Positions 33,486 through 43,174 of a stretch of DNA of 64,000 nt are shown piece by piece. This DNA comes from Candidatus Bathyarchaeota archaeon (lineage in GTDB: Archaea; Thermoproteota; Bathyarchaeia; Bathyarchaeales; DTEX01). Below the pieces are notes generated by a model, which made no database searches, was not told where the DNA came from, and was given only the letters and a program-made list of their open reading frames with translations. Location of the stretch: contig CAVQNT010000006.1 in the NCBI GenBank assembly GCA_963714275.1, positions 384,001-448,000 on the forward strand. The letters run 5' to 3'. Positions within the stretch are counted from its first letter, which is position 1; each line of letters begins with the position of its first letter. Both the position numbers and the translations under genes were made by a program.

Positions 33486-33566
33486 CGGTCTGTTTTGTGT
33501 AACAAATGGCAACTAAAAAAAGATAGGTCTGATTTGTTCGACAACCAAAAAACAATAATGAACAAT
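33486..33566 (+). repeat. Dispersed repeat, degenerate copy E
   Basis: GGTCTGTTTTGTGTAACA (33487) and GGTCTGATTTGTTC-N20-GAACAA (33526-33565). Confidence 0.7.
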
Positions 33567-33604
33567 AAATTATGATCCAAATACATTTTTTGTTAAAAAA
33601 AATT

Positions 33605-33982
33605 TCGGTTCAGTTTGGGAAGCCTAGTCTAGTGTGCGATTTTCAAGAGCTGTACCGTTACCTCATGGACGATTTTCTAATCCAATACTGCCAGAATCTC
33701 AAGGTTAGAGACTTTACGGTTAAATCTGAAAGGCTTTCTAGAAACAAGATGGCGAAGAGGGAATACTTGAATGATCCTAAAACCTCAGACTTGATGAAGA
33801 AGCTTAACCTGTATTTTGAAGGCAAGGTTGAAATTCCCAGAATAAAATATGGTAGAAGGCAGTCTCTTGAGACCTTGATTAACGAAGAAGCCTTACTATT
33901 CGCCAAGTTTCTAAGAGATGAAAGAGAAGCATGGAATCCTAGAATCGCAAGTCTCTTGGTGTACGTCTACCTCTACGTCTAG
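33605..33982 (+). pseudogene. cas1: 5'-truncated solo Cas1 (C-terminal third)
   Basis: SVQFGKPSLVCDFQELYRYLMDDFLI matches the Cas1 'H...SLxxDxxExxR' segment; ETLINEEALLFAKFLR C-terminal helix; no N-terminal part upstream. Confidence 0.75.
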
Positions 33983-34105
33983 GGGGGTATATATAATAAG
34001 GAGGGAAGGGGAGGGGAAGGATATAGGGAAGGATAAGAGTTAGTTTGGGGTTTGGGTTTGGGGATTAAATTTTAATATCAAAACATGAATGTTTAATATT
34101 TTTTG

Positions 34106-35216
34106 TCAGCCTGACTTTTTTGGGTATTTTCCATGTTTGGTTCCGATTTTTAGCATTGCTTTGTAGTTTTCGATTTTCATGTAGTTCGTTATCGAGTTTC
34201 CTGAGCCTAAGGCGTAGCCTCCTCCGGGCATGCACTTTTCGAGAATCACGCGCGTGTATGCTTCCAATTCAGCCACAGGGAGGCGGGAAAGCTTGTCCAC
34301 GTCCACTCCCCCGAGCAGTGCGACTCTGTGCCCGTATTTTTCTTTGGCTTCCGTAACGGGCATGATGTTGTCCTGAAAAGAGTGCCAAGCATCTATCCCA
34401 ACATAGTCAATCAAGTCGTCAATGACCCTTCTCAAGTTGCCGCACGAATGAAGAATAAATGGCTTCCTATGACTATGGGCTATCTCGACACACCGTTTTT
34501 GCCAAGGGAAAACGTACTTGCGGAGGTTCTCAGGAGAAATCATGGTTCCAGACTTATACGCCATGTCGTCCCCCATCCTCATCGCACCGACCCTATTGTT
34601 TTCAGTGATGCGCTTGTCCACCTCCACGATCATAGAACCAATCCTGTCGAACATACTTTCAATCAGCTTCGGGTCTCTGAAAAGGGCTATCGAGAAAGGG
34701 CGGAGACCCATCAGCCACAAAGCATGCTCCAAGACCCCCCCAGCTACCCCCGAAACCGAGCTTCATGTTTTCAGGCAGAATCTTGCACATCCTTTCAAGC
34801 ACATCGTATTCGACAAGATCTTCACTGTCTGGCCACGGATAACTTTCAAAGTCTTCCCGCTTTTCGATTGTCCCACGGTTCTCGTCAACCCACATCCTCG
34901 TTCCTCTCGAAAGGGGAGCTGGGTCCTTGCCCAGTCTGATGTTCGTCCGTGGAAGGTTAAGAGGCAACTCCAAAGGAACATAGTCGTACCCCAAACCCTT
35001 GTAGAACCTAAGAAGACAGTTCACGAAGCCCTCTTTAACCGAGTCCGCCTTGGAAGCTTCACCTGAACGTGGCACGCCAGGCTCCAGAAGGGCGGGAACG
35101 GGTTCACCGATTATGGCTTCTATCACTTCGTTGTCTACCAAATGCTCGTAGAACGGAACATGGTCAGGCTCCTCGCCCCACAAAACCTTAACAAACCTTT
35201 CAAAATCGGGCTCCAT
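34106..35216 (-). CDS. Uroporphyrinogen decarboxylase / MtaA-CmuA family protein (indel near 34750)
   Basis: EPDHVPFYE, GDDMAYK, ILHSCGN, GGVDVD, YALGSGNSI. Confidence 0.85.
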
Positions 35217-35329
35217 GTCAAATCACTATATAGAGTAAGAAAATTATTTTTAAGCCTTAGTTTCCCGTGTTCAGAAAAATAATATAAGTAAAGAGTGTCT
35301 ATTAAAGAGGAAACAAGGAGTGTATAGTT

Positions 35330-36882
35330 ATGCAGTTTAATAACAGCTTAACACTCAAAAAGCGCGTACTAATTTTGTCCATGATCATAATCTTCATCAC
35401 TTTCCCAGCATTAGCATCCGTCCAACAGACCAAAGCGATAGATGAAAACTACACATACTACGGTGTCGTGCCCTCTAAAATCTATAGATACACACTCGCT
35501 GATGGAAACAACCGCAACTCAGGTTGGTCACTCGGAACTGACGACACCACTCTCCTATCAGGAGCCATCAGCCTCAACGGGCACCTCGTCGCCATAGAGT
35601 CTTTGCTAGCGATTGTAGCTTATGAGGACGACACAAATGTAGAAGTTCGCGATTTGACACTTGGGATGTTGCTGGCTGAAGGCAACTTAGCAAGCATGGA
35701 AAAGAAGCTCGTGTTGCTGCCCAATGGCACTCACTTTAAGGTAGTTTCAGACAAGATGGTCTCTATCCTTCTTCTCAACTACCAACAAGAGCCATCTGCG
35801 ACTGTCAGTGAAGGACCGCTTCCACACACCTTCTACACGTCAGTTGACGGCTTATACGTCGGAAAAAGGTTTGTTTTCATGGCATCTGAACAGACAAACG
35901 TAATACCGACTCAGTCTACATAATACTCGCCTTGGAAAAGTCCACAATAACCGTGACCGATGAGGATGGAGGACAGGACAGTTACAGTCTAGAAGTGAAC
36001 TCGTATCAAGACATGGCATTAACGCCCTTCAAGGTCTACGAGATCGAGTCGACGGGCAACATCATGGTCCAATCAATGTTCCTAAGACACGACATATCAG
36101 ATCCCGCTTCAAGTATCGTCCCATGCTATCCCGTTCCATCCGCTCAAGGAGGCTTCGTGGGAACCTTCTTCATCGCAAGATGTATCACAGGCTGGGACGC
36201 CAGCAAAGACTACGGATACCGAATAGCAACCTCAGAAGACGCCCACGTGCTGGTGTACGACCTTGAAACACAACAAGTCAAAAACGACCTCACTGTGACA
36301 GGAGGAAGCGGAATATCCATCAAACCCTCAGCGAACGCGATAATCGTACAAAGCGACAAGCCGATCACGTTGACGCTGATCCACAACGCCAGCATCGAAC
36401 AGAGACGTACCGAACAGGTGGGAGGTTTGAATGGAGAATTCCAGGGATACGGTCACGGAGTTATGTTCATGGGCATCCAACCAAACCAGGATACAATGAT
36501 TCACCTACCAGTTGACGCGAACGTCGAAGCGTACTTCTTCGCCAGCGAGGAAACCCAGCTAACGATTGATGACAACACCCAAACGATTCAAGCAAACACG
36601 GGCTTTCTGTACACTGTTCTGGGAACCCACACAGTACGATCCGACCACAACGTTGTTCTACAGATCAACTTCTGGCCGCTTGAACCAGAAAACCAAGGAC
36701 TCTGGTACACTGGAGCAGTAATACCATGCATCGAAACAGTAAATAATAACCCAACTGTCACAATAACCTCGATTGGAGGAGGCTTCCCAATCATGTATGT
36801 GATAGTTGGTGCAGGTGCTGCTGCGGTCGCTGTTATCGTCGTTTTTTTGGTAATGAAAAAACGCAGTAGTAACCCTAGCTAG
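35330..36882 (+). CDS. Cell-surface protein with signal peptide and C-terminal TM, IgGFc-binding-like repeats (indel near 35920)
   Basis: IVAYEDDTNVEV, VVSDKMVSI, IVQSDKPITL, VRSDHNVVL; C-terminal TM followed by KKR. Confidence 0.65.
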
Positions 36883-37034
36883 AGTACTACAGATTTGCAT
36901 AGTTAGGTCCTGTTAGTAGGCACGAAGTTACCTTTTTTATAAGCAAAGGAAATTAGTCATGAATTTAAATTTGAGAATTACGTGTTTAAAAACATCTTAC
37001 AGTATATATGAAGAGAATGCTGGAGAAACCTTGA

Positions 37035-37794
37035 TTGTCAAAAGTTGAGGTATTCCCGGTTACCAACCTTCCGATCATCAAAACAGGAGACGACCTCGGA
37101 GAACTGATTTGCAGAGCTGCGAAGAAACAGGACACACCCATTCAGGGAGGAGACATAATCGTAGTCACGCACATCGTGGTTTCGCGGGCTGAAGGGAACA
37201 TAATAAACCTTGACGACATAGTTCCTTCACCAACCGCCAAAGCCATAGCCAAAGACATGGACAAAGACCCAGCCTTAATCGAAGTTATCCTCAGAGAAAC
37301 AAAATCAATCATCCGAATTGGAGACGGACACCTAATCACCGAAACTAAGCATGGCCTAATTTGCGCTAACGCAGGAGTCGACAGGTCAAACATTCCAGGA
37401 GAAAGAAACGTTGCTCCACTACCAAAAGACCCAGACCTCTCGGCACGTCGAATCAGACAAAGAATAATGGACTTCGCGGGAAAAGAAGTACGCTGTTTTA
37501 ATTTCAGACACTCATGGACGTGCATTGCGAAGTGGCCAAATCAACGTTGCGGTGGGAATCGCTGGAATGAAACCGATGCGGGACCGAAGAGGCGAAAACG
37601 ACCTTTTTGGCTACACCCTCCGAGTTAAACAGACCGCCATAGCAGACGAGTTATGTTCAGCTGCTGAGCTGGTAATCGGACAGGCAAACGAGGGAATACC
37701 CGTTGCCATCATAAGGGGATACCCATATCAAAAATCCGAAGAAGCATCCCTGAACGAATTGTTGTGGCCTAGGGAAAAAGCTCTTTTCTATTGA
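37035..37794 (+). CDS. cofE: Coenzyme F420-0:L-glutamate ligase (indel near 37495)
   Basis: LPIIKTGDDL, VSRAEG, ANAGVDRSN, DLFGYTL, IADELCSAA, PVAIIRG. Confidence 0.92.
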
Positions 37795-37819
37795 GCATAC
37801 AGCCACGATCCAATCGATA

Positions 37820-38446
37820 TTATGTAACTGTTCCTTTCTTCATCATCTCTTCGGCTCTAACCAAATCCAATGGCGTGTTAACGTTGAAAAATGTCATCAA
37901 TTGAGGGTCCAGCTGCTGGATGACCAACGTCGAAAGGTACCTCATTCTCCTCAGGAGACGAATCATGTTTAAAGGCCTTTTTTCCTCATGCTTTAAGGCT
38001 TGCCTCGTAGCATCAAGAGCGGAACTCGTCCTGTAAACTGCCTGCAAAGGTTCAATGTAATCATTTGGCCACCTCGGAACAGCAGCGTCAACGCCTACAC
38101 ATGTCTCGAACAGCAGTTCAATAACCTTTCCTGAGATAAAGGGCGTATCACATGGCAACAAAAGCGAATATTCAGCACATGTATTGGTTAAACCAGTTAG
38201 GGCACCGATAAGGGGGTTTTGAATGTTCTCGTTGTCAACAAATATCTTGTTTTTGTTCGGAACAACCAAGGAATAAGCTTCCCTTTGACTTTCTGAGCTT
38301 ACGACAACCAGAACCTCATCCACAACTTCACTTGCCCTTTCAAGCACATGTGTCACGAGAGGTTTACCCGCAAGTTTCACAAGACCCTTGTCCTGCCCGA
38401 GCCTTTTCGAAAAACCGCCAGCAAGGACAACAGCTGCTCTTTCCAT
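37820..38446 (-). CDS. mobA: Molybdenum cofactor guanylyltransferase
   Basis: LAGGFSKRLGQDKG, PCDTP, EPLQAVY, FFNVNTPLD. Confidence 0.9.
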   Translation of the reverse strand: MERAAVVLAGGFSKRLGQDKGLVKLAGKPLVTHVLERASEVVDEVLVVVSSESQREAYSLVVPNKNKIFVDNENIQNPLIGALTGLTNTCAEYSLLLPCDTPFISGKVIELLFETCVGVDAAVPRWPNDYIEPLQAVYRTSSALDATRQALKHEEKRPLNMIRLLRRMRYLSTLVIQQLDPQLMTFFNVNTPLDLVRAEEMMKKGTVT

Positions 38447-38459
38447 TCTGCTTTTTCAC

Positions 38460-39337
38460 CTAACTTTTTATTTTGTTAAGGATGTGGCGCACAATCTCGT
38501 CCGCAATGTTAACCTCGGTCACGGACTGCAGCCCTTTCCAGCCTGGTTGACTGTTGAGCTCAATTAACAAGGGACCCTTCTCCATTTCCAAAATATCTAC
38601 GCCAGCAACCTCGCAGTCGACCGTTTCTGCAGCCTTAATAGCCAACTTCTCAACCTCTTTTGAAGGATTATAAGGTTCAGGTTTTGCACCTCGACTTACA
38701 TTGGTCTTCCAGTTTTCAGCAATCCTCCGCATCGAAGCCAACACTTTTCCGCCAAGAACAAAAATTCGGAAATCACAGTTTCCGTGAGGAACAAACTCCT
38801 GAATGTACACAACTTGGTGATGGAACTCTAACGCGCGAAAAACCCTTTCAGCCACATCAGCATCCGAAATTCGGGTGGAGCCGATGCCGCGTGAACCAAA
38901 AATGGGCTTGACAACAACGTCTCCACCGAGTTCACAAAAACCACGTAAAGCAGCATCAGCATTTTCAGCGACAACAGTTCGGGGAACAGGAAGCCCAGCC
39001 TCCTCCAACAAGGCTAAGGCATAGTATTTGTCAATGGACCTTTCGATTGCAGGAGGCGAATTCAGAACATACATACCAAGCCTAACAAGCCTGTGCAGAA
39101 GGTCCATACGAAAGATAATTTCCTCAAGTGAACCTCGCCCAACAGGGCGGACAATGACGGCTTTAAGTTCACCGAGGACGTCGTGTGCATTAACCGTTAA
39201 TTGAGGCTTGAATCCGACACGTGCAACTAACCTTCGGAAATCGAAACACACGGGAAAGGCACCGTGCTTGAGGATTGAGGTTTTAAGTCGACTGAACACC
39301 AAGATTCCTCGTTCCGTGTCAGGATTCCGATCTTCAA
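38460..39337 (-). CDS. RimK-family ATP-grasp glutamate ligase (MptN/CofF-like; 5' indel)
   Basis: GSLEEIIFRMD, KPIFGSRGIG, WKTNVSRG, ELNSQPGW; TTG start (KIGILTRN) at 39337. Confidence 0.85.
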
Positions 39338-39410
39338 ATATCCAGCCTCCCTTATTATGTTCAGCCTTAGATACTATTGGAATTGTCTCCTGAAGTTGGC
39401 TTGTTACAGG

Positions 39411-39782
39411 TTATTCTTTTTGTTGTTTCAGCCAATTTGCTACCTTCCGAATTAAGGAATTGGACGAAAGGTCGATGATTGGGATCATGATTTTCTCTTT
39501 GGTCTCAATCATTGGCTGATACTTAGGCATCAAGGCGTAGCCGACGAGCGTCCAGTAGACTCTTCCACTCTCCATCAAGGCTTTAGCAGCAGTCTCCGTT
39601 GACGCTGGAAGAACGAAATTTAAAAACACTACACCTTCAGCCCAGTTTAATCCTGCTACTTTTCCTCCTGAAACTATCGAGGCAAACCTTGCCAAGTCAT
39701 CTGATGAATCAAAATGGTTTCTATCCAAAATCACAATTTCCTTTATTGGCTCATATTTTATGTCAACTTCTCTGTCATCCAT
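39411..39782 (-). CDS. Conserved archaeal hypothetical protein
   Basis: Intact 123-aa ORF with GGTGGTGG RBS, co-oriented with the RimK-like gene and mobA. Confidence 0.65.
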   Translation of the reverse strand: MDDREVDIKYEPIKEIVILDRNHFDSSDDLARFASIVSGGKVAGLNWAEGVVFLNFVLPASTETAAKALMESGRVYWTLVGYALMPKYQPMIETKEKIMIPIIDLSSNSLIRKVANWLKQQKE

Positions 39783-39952
39783 GGAAAACCCACCACCACA
39801 CGAACAAAACCAAAACCTACATTGACCTTCACATTTTATTCAGCAGTCGATCGTATTTAAGGGTATTACCTGAAACTCAAATCTTATTAAGAAGTGGAAC
39901 CATTTTTCTCAGAACAACCCAAAAATCAGTGGTTGAAGGTGTCAGAGAAACC

Positions 39953-40244
39953 AATGACCAAACTGGAAAGCAAGGTGCTGGCTGAAATCGAAAAGATTGT
40001 TGACTTAGAAACTGAGCTCACGATCGGAGAAATGAAGATGATACGGTTGGTGAAAGAAACCGAGCCCGGCGTAATCAGGGTGGACTTTACACCCACAAGC
40101 CCGGTTTGCCCGATGGCTGTTAAACTGGCTATCGAAATAAGGGACAAGGCTGAAAACATCGAAGGCGTAGAAAGAGCAGTCGTCTACGTTCGTGGACACA
40201 TCATGGAACAAGAAATTAACAAAAGAGTCAACAACCCAGCTTAA
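39953..40244 (+). CDS. DUF59 / Fe-S assembly domain protein
   Basis: IVDLETELTIGEM, FTPTSPVCPMA. Confidence 0.85.
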
Positions 40245-40282
40245 AGTCGCAACCAAAAATACTTTTTGATCGTTTGCCTTAA

Positions 40283-41653
40283 CTACTCAACTGTTTCAGC
40301 TTCCAAATACGTCGATAATGCCCTCGTTATTCTAATATTCATGAACCTTCCGAGAAGACCGTTATTGTCTTTAATGACGATGGGTTTGTAGGCAAAGTTC
40401 CTTCCAATCCACGATTGACCCTTACCCTTTTCGTCGACAAGTATCTCGCCCGTCCACCCGACCCATTTTCCGTTTTTTTCCAAAGCCAATTTTTTAACTA
40501 GGCTTGTTAATACTCGGCTTCTGCTCTTTACCTCTTCAACATCGACCTGTTCCATTCTTTCAGCAGGCGTGCTAGGGCGAGGAAAGAACCTTGAAATGTT
40601 AACAATGTCAGGTTTCACCTCCTCAACAAGATCAAGAGTTCCCTTGAAAGCTTCTTGGGTCTCGCCTGGAAACCCGCAAATAACGTCGGTTGAAAGAGTT
40701 AAATCTAGACACTCCTTCCTGAATTTGTTTATTATGGTCTTATAGTCACTAACAGAGTATCTACGGTTCATCCGTTTCAGGGTGTCATCGTCTCCGCTTT
40801 GAACTGGAAGGTGCAGGAACTTGAAAACCTTGTCATCCTTGTAGTCATCTATCAGTTCATCCAGAATGGGCAGAACATGATCAGGATTCATCATCCCAAC
40901 CCTAATCCAAAATTTGCCCTCAACCTTACAGCATTCCCTGATAAGATCAGCAAGGTTTGTCCCAATCTCCATTCCGTAAGCCCCTGTATCCTGCGAGGTC
41001 AGCCAAATCTCCTTTGCGCCGTTTTGGACTGCTTGATCCAAACTTTTTACAACTGATTCCTTAGGAAACGAAGAAAGAGTTCCTCGAGCGAACCTGACGC
41101 AGCAAAAAGCGCATACTCCAGCGCAACCCTCTGAAATGGCGATTATATCGATGGGTAGTTTGAGATTGATTTTTGGCTGCTCAAGCTTAACAACGGGCTT
41201 CTCTGAAAAGAAAATCTGCCCAGCTTCACTGTTCTCCGTACACTTTATGGCTTCAAGTATCTTGTCAACACTTCGCGGGTCAAGAGCTGCCGAGAAATTT
41301 GGAGCAGCCTTCAAGATTGCCTTAAAGTTTATTTTTGGAAGACAACCCGTGATTATAAGCGGCTTTCGGGTTTGGCTCAGTTTACGTAACCTTCCGATTA
41401 TTCGGTCCTCGGTCGGCTTCTTCACTCCACATGTGTTCACCAAAATAATGTCAGCTGAGCCGATATCGTTTGTAGGATGGTAATTTAAGCTAGCCAAGTG
41501 ACCTAATAGGACTTCGAAGTCGAATGTGTTAGCAGCACAACCATAGTTTTCCGCATAAACCATTTTATTGCTGCATTGAAAAGCGGTTTGTTTTGTTTTT
41601 GGGGATTCATGAACCTCTGGAACGAGTCTAGACGCCAAAGCAATCAAGGACAT
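40283..41653 (-). CDS. tRNA t6A37 methylthiotransferase (MtaB/CDKAL1-like radical SAM)
   Basis: YGCAAN, NTCGVK, EGCAGVCAFC, HLPVQSG, C-terminal TRAM; true start probably further downstream. Confidence 0.9.
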   Translation of the reverse strand: MSLIALASRLVPEVHESPKTKQTAFQCSNKMVYAENYGCAANTFDFEVLLGHLASLNYHPTNDIGSADIILVNTCGVKKPTEDRIIGRLRKLSQTRKPLIITGCLPKINFKAILKAAPNFSAALDPRSVDKILEAIKCTENSEAGQIFFSEKPVVKLEQPKINLKLPIDIIAISEGCAGVCAFCCVRFARGTLSSFPKESVVKSLDQAVQNGAKEIWLTSQDTGAYGMEIGTNLADLIRECCKVEGKFWIRVGMMNPDHVLPILDELIDDYKDDKVFKFLHLPVQSGDDDTLKRMNRRYSVSDYKTIINKFRKECLDLTLSTDVICGFPGETQEAFKGTLDLVEEVKPDIVNISRFFPRPSTPAERMEQVDVEEVKSRSRVLTSLVKKLALEKNGKWVGWTGEILVDEKGKGQSWIGRNFAYKPIVIKDNNGLLGRFMNIRITRALSTYLEAETVE

Positions 41654-41792
41654 CCTCGCGGAAAATGAATATAAGTGTAACTATCCTTAGCAGTGAGAGA
41701 GCGACAATGACCCTTAGCATTATTACCGTTAAAAATATATAATTAGAACTCGAATATTGACATAAACTCGCCACAGGCATTACGAGAGATAG

Positions 41793-41855
41793 AGAAAGTT
41801 TTATAAGATGATGTAACGTTCATGTATGAATCATGTTTGAATCATGTTATACACG
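41793..41855 (+). promoter_or_regulatory. BRE/TATA promoter plus four ATGT boxes at 11-bp period upstream of cdrS-ftsZ
   Basis: AGAAAG-TTTTATAAG then gATGTaacgtt cATGTatgaat cATGTttgaat cATGTtataca. Confidence 0.65.
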
Positions 41856-41870
41856 TATTTATGACAAAAT

Positions 41871-42062
41871 ATGTCTCCTATAGTTTCGGTGAAAAAATTG
41901 AAACTTATTACGCTGTATCTTCCCGAACCATACTTGGAAGCGTTGGACGAGCTGGTGTCTAAGCGGTATTATCCGCACAGAGCTGAAGCCATTCGGGTGG
42001 CAATACGAGACCTAATCTCTACGGAGTTGTGGGGAAGAGAAAAAGATGCCAAAGATAGCTGA
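41871..42062 (+). CDS. cdrS: Ribbon-helix-helix regulator, CdrS-like
   Basis: KLITLYLPEPYLEALDELV...YPHRAEAIRVAIRDL; overlaps the ftsZ start as in archaeal cdrS-ftsZ2. Confidence 0.75.
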   Translation: MSPIVSVKKLKLITLYLPEPYLEALDELVSKRYYPHRAEAIRVAIRDLISTELWGREKDAKDS

Positions 42063-43149
42063 TAAAGCCCTGCAGTACACGTGGGACGAAACCATTCCTG
42101 AGGGAGTCCGAGACCCAGGATACTGCCGCATAATGGTCATGGGAGTCGGAGGGGCAGGAAACAACACCATCAATCGGCTGATGGAAGCAGGTAATGTAGC
42201 CGCCGAATGCGTTGCCCTAAACACGGATATGCAGCACCTGAAAGTTACTCACGCGAAAATTAAGCTTCTGATAGGCGAGAAACTTACCCGCGGTTTAGGT
42301 TCAGGCGGCGACCCGGAGGTTGGCAAAGCAGCCATCGAGGAATCTACTGAACAGGTGTCAAAAATCCTTGAAGGCGTCGACATAAGCTTTTGTTACAGCA
42401 GGCATGGGAGGCGGAACAGGCACAGGCGCAGCTCCTGTCGTGGCGAAACTAGCTCGAGAAAAAGGAGCCATCGTTGTAGGCGTGGTAACGATGCCTTTCA
42501 AGATTGAAAAAGGACGGATCGCCTATGCTATCAAGGGCTTAACTGAAATTCGGAGAGAATGTGACACCGTTATCGTCATAGACAACAACAAGTTGATGAG
42601 GCTGGTTCCCCAGCTACCCATAAACGAAGCGTTCAAGGTCGGAGACAGCGTCCTAGACTAACATGATAAGCGGAATAACTGAAACAATTTCCCTGCCTGA
42701 GCTTGATTAACCTTGACTTTGCAGACTTCAGGACAATCATAAAGAAAGGTGGCGTTGCTGTGGCAGGCGTCGGACAGTCTGACGCTCCGAACCGTGCTGA
42801 AGAGGCGGTGCAGAAAGCCTTGAGGATGCCATTGTTGGACGTTGATTACGCAGGGGCAAAGGGCGCATTGATCCATGTTGCTGGCGACGACCAGATGACG
42901 ATTGACGAAGCCAACAGGGTAGGCGAGATTGTGACGCAGATGATGAGCGACGACGCTCTGGTAATCTGGGGAGCAAGAATCGACCCAGCTCTGGGAGGAA
43001 CACTGAAAGTAACACTCGTGATGACTGGAGTTCACTCGCAGTACCTCTTAAACGGATACGGGTCAGGGATGCCCGAAATATTCAAGTTGGACCAAAACGG
43101 AGAAACCGCGAAACCCCACAACGTTAACCTAGGTTTATATCAAATCTAG
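42046..43149 (+). CDS. ftsZ: Cell division protein FtsZ (two indels)
   Basis: [41 protein letters not shown]. Confidence 0.94.
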
Positions 43150-43174
43150 AGTTAACATTTTTCATTTTTTTCTT

